Shown here in pieces: positions 8,555 to 17,313 of a stretch of DNA of 38,993 nt. This DNA is from Meiothermus sp. (GTDB lineage: Bacteria; Deinococcota; Deinococci; Deinococcales; Thermaceae). The translations under genes were made by a program, and so were the position numbers. Below the pieces are notes generated by a model. That model did not search any database. It saw only the letters and a list, made by a program, of their open reading frames with translations, and had not been told where the DNA came from. Within the stretch, counting starts at the first letter, position 1; each line of letters opens with the position of its first letter. The stretch covers positions 1 to 38,993 of the forward strand of contig JANRLD010000118.1 in assembly GCA_033762915.1 (NCBI GenBank), written 5' to 3'.

Positions 8555-9559
8555 CTAGACCGTCTGGGGGCTCAGCACCGAGGCGAAAACGGCCCGCAGG
8601 TGGCGTAGCGAGTCGGTTGTGATATTGAACATCAGCTCGAGGCGCTTCTCCGGGGGCACCCGGCACACCTCGACCGCCTCGCGCACTCCGAAGGAGAAAA
8701 TTACCGTGTCTAGGTCGGGCAGGGCCTGGCGCAGCAGCTCGGTCTGGTTGGGCAGGAAGAGCCGGACAGCCTTGTAGTCAAGCGTGGAGTGCTGCCGAAC
8801 ATAACCCAGGAAGCTGTTGATGTTGCGCTCCTCGGTCACGATGGCGTAGCGCCGTCCGGGCGGCAGCTCGCGCAGGGCCTCGACGGTGGCCTGGGTCACC
8901 TCGGCGGTGATGCCCAGCACGGTGCTGGCGATGCCCTGGTCGAGCAGGGCTTTTTGCAGGCGCGGCACAAAGGTCACGAACGAGACCGCGTAGTAGGCCC
9001 GCTCGAAGGCCCGCACCAGCTCGGGGCGGCGCTGCTCGAGGTCGTTGAGGGTGTAGGGCAGCACCTCGAGGCCGGCCTCGGCAAAGTGGCGGTTGAGCAC
9101 GGCGGCGTACTTCTCGGCGTGGGGCCGGTTGACCGAGAGGAACAGCACCGGGACGGGGTCGGTGGGGGCGGCCAGGCGCATGTTGAAGTGCTGCCGCGCA
9201 GTAGCGAGGTCAAAGCCGAGGGCCCGGGCGCGCTCGAGGGCCTTGCCCAGTGCGTCGTCGAGCAAGGCCTGGCGTAGCGCGAAGTCCTCGGCGGGGGCGG
9301 AGAGGCGGCGGACGTAGTTGCCGCGCCCTTGTCGGGCCTCGGCAAAGCCCTGGGCCTGGAGCTCGCGGTAGGCCTGCACCACCGTCCCCGCGTTCACCCC
9401 GAGTTGCTTGGAGAGCTGCCGCACCGAGGGGAGTTGCGCCCCCTCGCCCAGCCGCTGGCTGATGATCAGATGCCTGAGCTGGTGGAAGATTTGAAGGTAG
9501 ATGGGCATACCTTCGTTCTCAGTGACGAGCAAGGGCAGCTCCATACGTTCCAAATCCAC
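8555..9559 (-). CDS. GntR family transcriptional regulator (YtrA-type HTH plus long PlmA-like C-terminal domain)
   Basis: PIYLQI...LPSVRQLSKQLGVNAGTVVQAYRELQAQG...GRGNYV; start may be GTG 9559 or ATG 9544. Confidence 0.9.
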   Translation of the reverse strand: MDLERMELPLLVTENEGMPIYLQIFHQLRHLIISQRLGEGAQLPSVRQLSKQLGVNAGTVVQAYRELQAQGFAEARQGRGNYVRRLSAPAEDFALRQALLDDALGKALERARALGFDLATARQHFNMRLAAPTDPVPVLFLSVNRPHAEKYAAVLNRHFAEAGLEVLPYTLNDLEQRRPELVRAFERAYYAVSFVTFVPRLQKALLDQGIASTVLGITAEVTQATVEALRELPPGRRYAIVTEERNINSFLGYVRQHSTLDYKAVRLFLPNQTELLRQALPDLDTVIFSFGVREAVEVCRVPPEKRLELMFNITTDSLRHLRAVFASVLSPQTV

Positions 9560-9584
9560 AACCCCAACAGTTTACCGAAAAATC

Positions 9585-9839
9585 TTACTTGGCTGCCTTC
9601 TTCTTGCCTTTCGGCTTGGCCTGGGCCGCCTGGGCGGCCTCCTCGGCCTCCCGCTGTTTCTTTATCTTGTCGAAGGTCACGCCGCCCCGGCCCCAGCAGG
9701 TCATCTCGAGTTCGTACAGCAGCACCTGCACCCCGTCGCGCTTGGCCCCGTTCTGCACCAGTACCTCGGTGATCCCGGCGATGATGGCGTCGCGCTGTTC
9801 CTGCGGACGCTTGGCGATCTCCAAACGCACAATGGCCAT
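9585..9839 (-). CDS. 4-oxalocrotonate tautomerase-like protein (Ala instead of Pro1), 84 aa
   Basis: GGAGG RBS; MAIVRLEIAKRPQEQRDAIIAGITEVLV...VQVLLYE...WGRGG matches the beta-alpha-beta tautomerase pattern. Confidence 0.75.
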   Translation of the reverse strand: MAIVRLEIAKRPQEQRDAIIAGITEVLVQNGAKRDGVQVLLYELEMTCWGRGGVTFDKIKKQREAEEAAQAAQAKPKGKKKAAK

Positions 9840-9880
9840 ACTTAACCTCCCACGATCCTGACGTCGGTCGTTTGCCAACC

Positions 9881-9910
9881 GACCCAAACTGTATTGCTGT
9901 ACTGGTACAG
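9881..9910. promoter_or_regulatory. GntR operator, copy 1 (core CTGTACTGGTACAG at 9897-9910)
   Basis: Palindrome just downstream of the leftward -10; near-identical to 10204-10231 in inverted orientation. Confidence 0.8.
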
Positions 9911-9914
9911 CGGA

Positions 9915-9944
9915 AGTGTAGAGGTTGGGGCTCGAGATTGTCAA
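9915..9944 (-). promoter_or_regulatory. Sigma70 promoter for tautomerase-gntR (TTGACA-18-TACACT)
   Basis: Reverse strand TTGACA at 9944-9939 and TACACT at 9920-9915. Confidence 0.75.
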
Positions 9945-10169
9945 GCCTTAAGGGGCGGTGTAGGGGAGTGTGGATGGAGGGGCAATCCCTACCCGAGCAT
10001 TGCGAGCAGGGCATGTCGGTCGGCAAAAAAAGCGTGTGGATCAGCTGTTTTTCTATTCCAATCATGGGCTATCTCGATGAAATTGTTGGTGTCCAGGCAA
10101 CCTTGCCTCTAAACTTTGATGCCCCAGTCTTTGCGGAGATTTGCACTCAATCCAGATAGCTAGAGTGTA

Positions 10170-10199
10170 TTGACAGATACCATTCCGACTCCATAAGAT
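10170..10199 (+). promoter_or_regulatory. Sigma70 promoter for the ABC/oxygenase operon (TTGACA-18-TAAGAT)
   Basis: TTGACA at 10170-10175 and TAAGAT at 10194-10199. Confidence 0.75.
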
Positions 10200-10203
10200 T
10201 CAA

Positions 10204-10231
10204 CTGTACTGGTACATCCAAACAGTTGGGT
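10204..10231. promoter_or_regulatory. GntR operator, copy 2 (CTGTACTGGTACA..CAAACAGTTGGGT)
   Basis: Same TGTAC-N2-GTACA palindrome with ACAGTT(T)GGGT tail, overlapping the predicted transcription start. Confidence 0.8.
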
Positions 10232-10272
10232 GCTTGTCCTTCGCTTCGTCCTACGGCACGTAAGGAGCGGGT

Positions 10273-11856
10273 ATGAGGAAGAATCTAGCGGCGTTGGCGA
10301 CGTTTTTAGCGCTTCTCTTGGGGGCATTGGGGCTGGCCCAGCAGGCCGAACAGCCCCAGCGGGGGGGGACGCTCCAGATCGCCCTCCAGACCACGCCGGG
10401 CTCGCTTAACCCGGTTCTGCCGGCCGAGCTGGCCTCCAACATCATCAACTGGACGATGTTCAGCCCGCTCACGGTGGTCAACCCCTACACCAACCAGCTC
10501 GAGCCCTACCTGGCCGAGCGCTGGGAGGCCAACGCCAACCTCACCGAGTGGACCTTCTACATCCGCCGCAACGCCTTTTGGCACGACGGCCGGCCGGTCA
10601 CCTCGGAGGATGTGAAGTTCACCTTCGACAAGATCCGCGACCCCGAGGAGGGGGCCAACAACCTGCCCGACTTCCGCCGGGTGCGCGAAATCCGCACTGT
10701 GGGGCCGTACGCGGTCAAGGTCTTCCTGACTCAGCCCGACGCCTTCCTCGATGACCGCCTCTCGCTGGGGGGCAGCGAAATCCTGCCGCGCCACATTTTC
10801 AGCCAGTTCCGGCGGCTGCGCGAGGCCACCGAGTTCAACAGCCGCACCCCCGTGGGCAGCGGCCCCTTCAAGATGAAGCGGGCGGTGCCGGGGCAGTTCT
10901 TTGAGCTCGAGGCCAACGACAAGTTCTTCCTGGGCCGCCCTAACCTCGACGGTCTGGTGTTCCGGGTGGTGCCCGACGGCAACACCCGCGTGACCCAGGT
11001 GCTCTCGGGCCAGCTCGACTGGATCGAGATGGAGCCTACCCAGGTGCGGGCTGTGCAGAACAACCCCCGTGTCAAGACCACCAGCTTCGACACCCTGCGC
11101 TACCAGATCTTTGCCTGGAACCTCAAGAACCCGCTCTTCCAGGACCTCAAGGTGCGCGAGGCGATGGCGCTGGCGGTGGATCGCCGCCGACTGCTCCAGG
11201 CCGTCACCCCCGGGTTCGGCTACGTCGACGACGCCTTCGTGCCCAAAGCGGTGACCTGGATTCCCCGTCCCAACGCGCCCTTCCGCGAGTTTAACCCCCA
11301 GCGTGCCCGCCAGCTACTGGCCGAGGCCGGCTGGAGGCCAAACGCCCAGGGTGTGCTCGAGAAGGACGGCAAGCCCTTCGAGTTCAAGATCTTGGTGGAT
11401 CGGGGCAACACCCAGCGCGAGCAGATCGGGCTGATCTTGCAGCAGTTCTTCCAGGACATTGGCATGAAAGTCACCTACGACGTGGCCGAGCGCGGCGGGC
11501 GCTGGCTCCAGGAGACGCAGCAGGGCACCTTCGAGACCCGCCTCGCTGAGTTCCTGATGCCCAACGTCGACTGGATGCAGCGGCTGTTCAGCTCGGTGGG
11601 GCAGAACAACTCGCAGTTCTACAACAACCCCAAGGTCGACAACCTGCTGGCCCAGATGCGCTCCACTTCGAGCCGTGCCCAGCATGCCAACTTCATGAAG
11701 CAGATCCAGGAAGAGCTCTACGCCACCTTCCCCAACATCCCCCTCTACTACATGGAGCGCATCCTGGCTACCAACGCCCGACTGCAAAACTTCCCCGCCG
11801 CCAACATCAAAGACGCCATGCCCTTCATCCACCGGGTCTGGCTGCGGAGTAACTAG
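10273..11856 (+). CDS. ABC transporter substrate-binding protein, family 5 (peptide/nickel/opine)
   Basis: Signal peptide; PYLAERWE, WHDGRPVTSEDVKFTF, PVGSGPF, VREAMALAVDR; AAGGAG RBS. Confidence 0.94.
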   Translation: MRKNLAALATFLALLLGALGLAQQAEQPQRGGTLQIALQTTPGSLNPVLPAELASNIINWTMFSPLTVVNPYTNQLEPYLAERWEANANLTEWTFYIRRNAFWHDGRPVTSEDVKFTFDKIRDPEEGANNLPDFRRVREIRTVGPYAVKVFLTQPDAFLDDRLSLGGSEILPRHIFSQFRRLREATEFNSRTPVGSGPFKMKRAVPGQFFELEANDKFFLGRPNLDGLVFRVVPDGNTRVTQVLSGQLDWIEMEPTQVRAVQNNPRVKTTSFDTLRYQIFAWNLKNPLFQDLKVREAMALAVDRRRLLQAVTPGFGYVDDAFVPKAVTWIPRPNAPFREFNPQRARQLLAEAGWRPNAQGVLEKDGKPFEFKILVDRGNTQREQIGLILQQFFQDIGMKVTYDVAERGGRWLQETQQGTFETRLAEFLMPNVDWMQRLFSSVGQNNSQFYNNPKVDNLLAQMRSTSSRAQHANFMKQIQEELYATFPNIPLYYMERILATNARLQNFPAANIKDAMPFIHRVWLRSN

Positions 11857-11976
11857 CCCGCAAGCGGAGCTGTTCCACCGCACCTCGGTGCCGTTGCGCC
11901 GGTGGATGCAGCCCGCCCTGTAAAATCTGAGTTTCTTATCCTCATGCTCGCCACCCCATGATCGCAACCTTTGGTT

Positions 11977-12011
11977 CCCTCCCCCCTTGCGGGGGAGGGT
12001 CAGGGTGGGGG
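11977..12011 (+). repeat. REP-like element CCCTCCCCCCTTGCGGGGGAGGGTCAGGGTGGGGG
   Basis: Hairpin CCCTCCCCC/GGGGGAGGG followed by GGGTGGGGG, a widespread intergenic repeat form. Confidence 0.7.
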
Positions 12012-12193
12012 ATCGGCCACACCGCAGCCGCGTGAGGGAGTGGAGGCCGGCCTACCGCCCGAGTTCAGACCTCTCGCATATCCAAGCTCACCTCGCTCGC
12101 ATCCCGCCCGCCTACCCCGGTTAAGGGGCAGGAGAAAGCGGCAAACAGAGCCGGTTCGGTCTTTTCCCAAGCTACACTCAGGAGCCTGCCCAC

Positions 12194-13138
12194 GTGTTTT
12201 CCTACCTGCTCAAGCAAGCCGCCGCCAGCATCCTGGTGCTGCTGGTGGTGGTGACCATCACCTTCTTTCTGATCGGGCTGGCCCCGGGCGGGTTGGGTCT
12301 CCTGGCCGACCCCAACATGGACCCCGAGGTGCGGGCCAACATCCTGCGCAACCTGGGTCTCGACCAGCCGCTGCACGTGCAGTACTTCAACTGGATGGGC
12401 AACATCCTCCAGGGCGACCTGGGGCGCTCTTTCACCTTCAATCGCCCCGTGATGGAGATGATCTTGGAGCGCCTGCCCGCTACCTTGCTGCTGGGAGCGG
12501 CGGCGCTGGTTATCACCATCGGGGTGGGGTTCAGTGCCGGAGTGATCGCGGCCCGCCTCCCCAACTCGCTGCTCGATCAGGTGCTCAGCTTCGTCAGCTT
12601 CGTGCTGCTGGCCACGCCGGGATTCTGGCTGGGCATCCTGCTGATTATCGTCTTCGCGGTCTCGCTGGGCTGGCTCCCGGCGGCAGGTATGCAGACCGTG
12701 GGGCAGCCGTTTTCGGTGGCCGACCGGCTCTCCTACCTGGTGATGCCGGCAATCGTGCTGGCAGCTGGCACTACGGCGGAGCTGATGCGGTATACCCGCT
12801 CGAGCTGGCTCGAGATCATGAACCTCGACTACATCCGCACGGCCCGCAGCAAGGGGCTCTCCGAGCGGGCCGTGCACGGCAAGCACGTGCTGCGCAACGC
12901 GCTGATCCCAATCCTCACCATCTTCGGGCTGTTCCTGCCCAGGCTGGTGGGTGGAGCCGCCGTCACCGAGACCCTGTTCGCCTGGCCGGGGATGGGCTCG
13001 ATGGCGGTCGCGGCGGCGGTGGCCCGCGACACCCCGCTGGTGCTGGGGGTGACCATCTTTATCTCGAGCGCGGTGATCCTCAGCAACCTGCTGATTGACG
13101 TGCTCTACGCGGTCATAGACCCCAGGATACGTTACTGA
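12194..13138 (+). CDS. Peptide/nickel ABC transporter permease (DppB/OppB type)
   Basis: LGLDQPLHVQY, GDLGRSF, DYIRTARSKGL...KHVLRNA, ETLFAWPGMG, DPRIRY; AGGAG RBS. Confidence 0.94.
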   Translation: MFSYLLKQAAASILVLLVVVTITFFLIGLAPGGLGLLADPNMDPEVRANILRNLGLDQPLHVQYFNWMGNILQGDLGRSFTFNRPVMEMILERLPATLLLGAAALVITIGVGFSAGVIAARLPNSLLDQVLSFVSFVLLATPGFWLGILLIIVFAVSLGWLPAAGMQTVGQPFSVADRLSYLVMPAIVLAAGTTAELMRYTRSSWLEIMNLDYIRTARSKGLSERAVHGKHVLRNALIPILTIFGLFLPRLVGGAAVTETLFAWPGMGSMAVAAAVARDTPLVLGVTIFISSAVILSNLLIDVLYAVIDPRIRY

Positions 13139-14022
13139 TGAGCGCCGTCGCCCAAGCCCCCGCCCAGCCCACAGGCCGCAGCCTGTGGCGCATCTTCTGG
13201 CGCATGCTGCGCCGCAACCGGATGGCCTTGTTCGGCGTCGTCTTCCTCACGGTTGTCGCCGCCCTGGTGATCCTCGAGCCCGTGCTGCCCCTGCCCAGCC
13301 CCAACCGCATAGACCTGCTCAACACCTACGCCCCGCCCAGCTTCCAGCACCTGCTGGGCACCGACGAGAACGGCCGCGACGTGCTGGCCAGGCTGATAGC
13401 GGGGGGGCAGGTCTCGCTGGCGGTGGGGCTGAGCGCGGCGGTGCTTACGGTGTTGTTCGGGGCGGTTGTCGGGCTGGCGGCGGGCTACTTCGGCGGGCTG
13501 GTAGACCGGGTGCTGATGCGCTTCACCGACGGGTTGCTCTCGATACCGGTGTTCTTTCTGCTGCTGGCGGTGGTGGCGATCTGGGGCGGTGGGCCGCTGG
13601 TCCTGATTCTGGCGCTGGGCCTGACGCGCTGGATGGGCACCGCCCGTCTGATCCGGGGCGAGGTGCTGCGCTTCAAGAACATGGAGTTCGTCACCGCCGC
13701 CCAAAGCCTAGGAGCCAGCGACTCCCGCGTCATGCTCAAGCACCTTCTGCCCCAGGCGGTGCCGGTCTTGATTGTCTCCACCTCCATCGGGGTAGGCAAC
13801 GTGATGCTCTACGAGGCCGCACTGAGCTTTCTGGGCCTGGGCATCCTGCCCCCCACGCCGAGCTGGGGCAACATGCTCACCGCCAGCCAGAACTACGTCT
13901 TCAACGCGCCCCACCTGGCGATTTATCCGGGGCTGATGATCCTCTTCAGCGTGCTGGCCTTCAACTCGTTGGGCGACGTGCTGCGCGACGCCTTCGACCC
14001 CAGGATGCGTTCGAGCCAGTAG
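13138..14022 (+). CDS. Peptide/nickel ABC transporter permease (DppC/OppC type)
   Basis: HLLGTDENGRD, EFVTAAQSLGAS, LSFLGLG..PPTPSWG, LRDAFDP; TGATG coupling. Confidence 0.94.
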   Translation: MSAVAQAPAQPTGRSLWRIFWRMLRRNRMALFGVVFLTVVAALVILEPVLPLPSPNRIDLLNTYAPPSFQHLLGTDENGRDVLARLIAGGQVSLAVGLSAAVLTVLFGAVVGLAAGYFGGLVDRVLMRFTDGLLSIPVFFLLLAVVAIWGGGPLVLILALGLTRWMGTARLIRGEVLRFKNMEFVTAAQSLGASDSRVMLKHLLPQAVPVLIVSTSIGVGNVMLYEAALSFLGLGILPPTPSWGNMLTASQNYVFNAPHLAIYPGLMILFSVLAFNSLGDVLRDAFDPRMRSSQ

Positions 14023-14088
14023 TCGGCCCAAGGCCGGTGTAGAAGGTCGTCTGGTCTCTCGCTCATCGCCAAACCCCAAGGAGCCCCT

Positions 14089-15048
14089 TTGCTCACCGTT
14101 CTAGTCAGCCACATCTACGCCGAGGATCCCGAGTTGATGGGCCGGCTGCGCTCGAGGTTTCCCGAGGTCGTCTTCGTGGCGGTAGGCCGCGAGCCGCCCT
14201 TTGCGCCTGCCGCCCGCGAGGGCAAGGTTCTGCTCTACGGGGCGCTGACCAAGCCGGTGCTGAGCGGGCTGCTCAACTACGCGCTGGTGGAGTGGATTCA
14301 CACCGGCACTGCGGGGTTCGACTGGCTGATGGTGCCGGAAGTCGAGGCCAGGGGCATCCCCATCAGCCGCACCCTGCACGCCATGGATACCCCAATCGCC
14401 GAGTTCGTGATGGCGGCCATGCTGGCCCACTTCAAGAACCTGTCGAGGCTGCTCGAGGCCCAGCAGCGCCGCGCCTGGGAGCCGCCCATGCACGGTGAAT
14501 TGTACGGCAAGACCCTTCTGGTTGTCGGGGCGGGCTCCATCGGGAGCCGGGTCGCGGGGTACGCCAGGGCTTTCGGGATGCGGGTGCTGGGCACAAAGCG
14601 CAGCCCCGAGCCACAGCCCGAGTTCCACGCGGTCTTCCCGCCGTCTGCCCTTCGCGAGTTGCTCCCGGCCGCCGACGTGACGGTGTTGGCCTGCCCCCTC
14701 ACCCCCGAGACGCGGCACATGCTCGGCCATGCCGAGTTCCAGGCCATGAAGCGCGAGAGTTACCTCATCAACATCGCCCGGGGTGCCCTGATTGTCGAGG
14801 CCGAGCTGATCCGCGCCATCGAGGAAGGCCTGATCGCCGGGGCCTGTCTGGACGTGTTCGAGACCGAGCCCCTGCCCCCTGACAGCCCCCTCTGGGGCAT
14901 CCCCAACCTCTTCATCACCCCCCACTGCTCGTACCGCTCCCCGCACGTGCGGGCCAGGGTCATAGACGAGTTTTCCGAGAACCTGGAGCGCTACCTGCGC
15001 GGCGAGCCGGTCAAGAACACCATGCGCCACGCGGCGCTCGGCTACTGA
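14089..15048 (+). CDS. D-2-hydroxyacid dehydrogenase family protein
   Basis: GAGSIG, PLTPETR, INIARG, LDVFETEPLP, ITPH; AAGGAG RBS with TTG start. Confidence 0.9.
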   Translation: MLTVLVSHIYAEDPELMGRLRSRFPEVVFVAVGREPPFAPAAREGKVLLYGALTKPVLSGLLNYALVEWIHTGTAGFDWLMVPEVEARGIPISRTLHAMDTPIAEFVMAAMLAHFKNLSRLLEAQQRRAWEPPMHGELYGKTLLVVGAGSIGSRVAGYARAFGMRVLGTKRSPEPQPEFHAVFPPSALRELLPAADVTVLACPLTPETRHMLGHAEFQAMKRESYLINIARGALIVEAELIRAIEEGLIAGACLDVFETEPLPPDSPLWGIPNLFITPHCSYRSPHVRARVIDEFSENLERYLRGEPVKNTMRHAALGY

Positions 15049-15171
15049 GGGGTGAGCGGAAAGAGCTGGGTAAGGCCAGGTCAACGTTTCTTGGTTTGCC
15101 CTTTTTCTTTCCCCTTCCACTGCCCTCGCCTCTCCTAAACCCTAGCTGTCGTCCCAAGGAGTACAACCGCC

Positions 15172-16242
15172 ATGAGCAACCTCGTCCCTAACCGCCCCAA
15201 CCGCGGCTTCCACCCCATCCTCGAGCAAGACCACCCCTACATCTGGGTGGACTCCTGCATCCAGGCCTGGCCCGACGGCGACTACGCCAACGCGCACAAG
15301 CACGGCTGCACCGCCTACGGGGTGACGGCCTTCCACCCGCAGCAGAACTTCGAGGAGTCGCTCGAGGAGCTGATGTACTGGCACCTGATCGCCCGCAAGT
15401 ACCCCAACCTGCTGGTGGCCACGCGGGTCGAGCACATCCGCCAGGCCAAGGCTGAGGGGAAGAGCTGCTTTATCCTCTTCTCGCAGGACGGGGAGTTCGC
15501 CTGGGGCAAGCTGCACCGCCTCGAGGCCTTCTACCGTCTGGGGATGCGGGTGATGATCCCGGCCTACAACCGCAACAACCTGATCTGCGGCGGAGTGCTG
15601 GACGTGGGTGACGTGGGCCTGAGCCGCTTCGGGCGGCTGGTGGTGAAGGAGGCCAACCGGCTGGGGCTGCTCTTGGACGGCACCCACATCAGCCGCCGGG
15701 CCACCCTCGAGATCATGGACCTGTCCGAAGACCCCATCATCTTCAGCCACTGCAACCCCAAGGCCCTCAACGACAACCCCCGCAACATCGACGACGAGCA
15801 GATCAAGATGTGCGCCGAGCGGGGCGGGGTCATCGGGCTGGTGAACTGGGGGCCGCTGTGCCAGAAGGACGGGCAGGAGGAGCGGCCCACCGTCGAGGAC
15901 TTCATCGACCACATCGACTACGTGGCCGACCTGCTGGGCAACACCCTCAACATTGGTATCGGCTCGGACATGAGCCTGGGCAGCTACCCCGACCATACCT
16001 ACGACCCCTGGGGCCACCCCGACTACCCCAATGTGATGGGGCGCTATAACAAGGTGGTGGGGATTAGCTTCCGCTCGCCGCTGCGCTTCGCCGAGAATTT
16101 CGACAGCTTCTCGGACATCCCCTACGTGATCGAGCGGTTGGGGGCCAGGGGCTACAAGCACGAGGACATCGCCAACATCCTGGGCGAGAACCAGTTGCGG
16201 CTGTTCGAGCGGGTCTGGAAGCCGGTCACCACGGCGATCTAG
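15172..16242 (+). CDS. Membrane dipeptidase (M19)-family amidohydrolase with a degenerate metal site
   Basis: GLSRFG..VVKEANRLG..DGTH, IFSH, PRNIDDEQI, GGVIG, IGIGSD, ILGEN; N-terminal HxD absent. Confidence 0.85.
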   Translation: MSNLVPNRPNRGFHPILEQDHPYIWVDSCIQAWPDGDYANAHKHGCTAYGVTAFHPQQNFEESLEELMYWHLIARKYPNLLVATRVEHIRQAKAEGKSCFILFSQDGEFAWGKLHRLEAFYRLGMRVMIPAYNRNNLICGGVLDVGDVGLSRFGRLVVKEANRLGLLLDGTHISRRATLEIMDLSEDPIIFSHCNPKALNDNPRNIDDEQIKMCAERGGVIGLVNWGPLCQKDGQEERPTVEDFIDHIDYVADLLGNTLNIGIGSDMSLGSYPDHTYDPWGHPDYPNVMGRYNKVVGISFRSPLRFAENFDSFSDIPYVIERLGARGYKHEDIANILGENQLRLFERVWKPVTTAI

Positions 16243-16251
16243 GGGGTGGTT

Positions 16252-17313
16252 ATGGCCGCGACGGCCCGGCAACTGCGCCTGATTGACTGCGATGTACACC
16301 AGGCCCTGGACTCGAGGTTTAGGGACTACCTCGAAGAGCCCTGGCGCAGCATGGCTCTGCCCGGCGGCATCAGTTGGCCGGCCAGCGTACTGGGCCATAC
16401 CGGCTACCGCGAGGACATTGGCTCTAAGGGCGGCACCGGGCAGGCCCGGGACTCCGAGCCTGACTTTGTGGTGAAGGAACTGCTCGAGGGCTATGGGGTG
16501 GACATCGCCATCCTCACCGGCAGCCGGGTCTTGAGCGTCAACAACCACCCCAACAGCCAGTTCGCCCTGGCCTGGATTCGGGCCTACAACGACTGGCTGA
16601 TCGACACCTGGCTGAGCCACGACCCACGCTTCAAGGGCACCATGATGGTGATCCAGCAGGATATCGCCGGCTCGGTGCGGGAGATCGAGCGGATCGGCGG
16701 ACACCCCAACATCGTTCAGGTGATGACGGCCGGCTCCTCGCCGGTGCTCTTCGGCAAGCGCTATTTCTGGCCGCTCTACGAGGCTGCAGAGCACTACAAC
16801 CTGCCGGTTGCGCTGCACCCCCTGGGCCTGACCCCGCCTAGCGGATCGGGTTTTGGTTCGACCTACCTCGAGAACCACACCACACTGGCCACCGGCTACA
16901 TGGATCATCTGGTTAGCCTGCTGTGCGAGGGGGTCTTTGAGCAGTTCCCGCGGCTCAAGTTCGTCTTCATCGAGGGCGGGGTCGCGGTCTTCGCACCCCT
17001 AATGTGGCGGCTGGACAAGAACTGGAAAGCAGTTCGAGCTGAAGTGCCCTGGCTGACCCGCAAGCCCAGCGAGTATCTGGTCACCAACGTGCGCTTCACC
17101 AGCCAGCCGGTCGAAGAGCCCGAGCGGCAGGAGCTGCTGATCCGGCTGCTCGAGACCTTAGACGCCGAGCGCACCCTGATGTTTGCTACCGACTGGCCAC
17201 ACTGGGATTTTGACTCCCCCACCGCCGTCTTTAGCCGGTTTCCCGCGAAACTCAAACAGCGCATCTTCGTGGAAAACGCCCGCGAACTCTACGGCTTTGG
17301 AGACCTGCCATGA
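16252..17313 (+). CDS. Amidohydrolase-2 fold protein, putative dinuclear oxygenase subunit 1 (AibH/PtmU3-like)
   Basis: IDCDVH, AYNDWL, VALHP, FIEGG, QPVEEP, FATDWPHWDFD. Confidence 0.85.
   Translation: MAATARQLRLIDCDVHQALDSRFRDYLEEPWRSMALPGGISWPASVLGHTGYREDIGSKGGTGQARDSEPDFVVKELLEGYGVDIAILTGSRVLSVNNHPNSQFALAWIRAYNDWLIDTWLSHDPRFKGTMMVIQQDIAGSVREIERIGGHPNIVQVMTAGSSPVLFGKRYFWPLYEAAEHYNLPVALHPLGLTPPSGSGFGSTYLENHTTLATGYMDHLVSLLCEGVFEQFPRLKFVFIEGGVAVFAPLMWRLDKNWKAVRAEVPWLTRKPSEYLVTNVRFTSQPVEEPERQELLIRLLETLDAERTLMFATDWPHWDFDSPTAVFSRFPAKLKQRIFVENARELYGFGDLP

Noticed and set aside
11971..13098. 375-aa ORF overlapping the dppB-like gene
   Set aside because: It begins inside a REP-like repeat and is an Arg/Gly/Pro-rich alternative frame of the permease.
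15142..16908. 588-aa minus-strand ORF, and other long antisense ORFs such as 2947-4050, 14101-15120, 23174-24226 and 37646-38659
   Set aside because: Shadow ORFs of well-supported genes in high-GC DNA, with no recognisable motifs.
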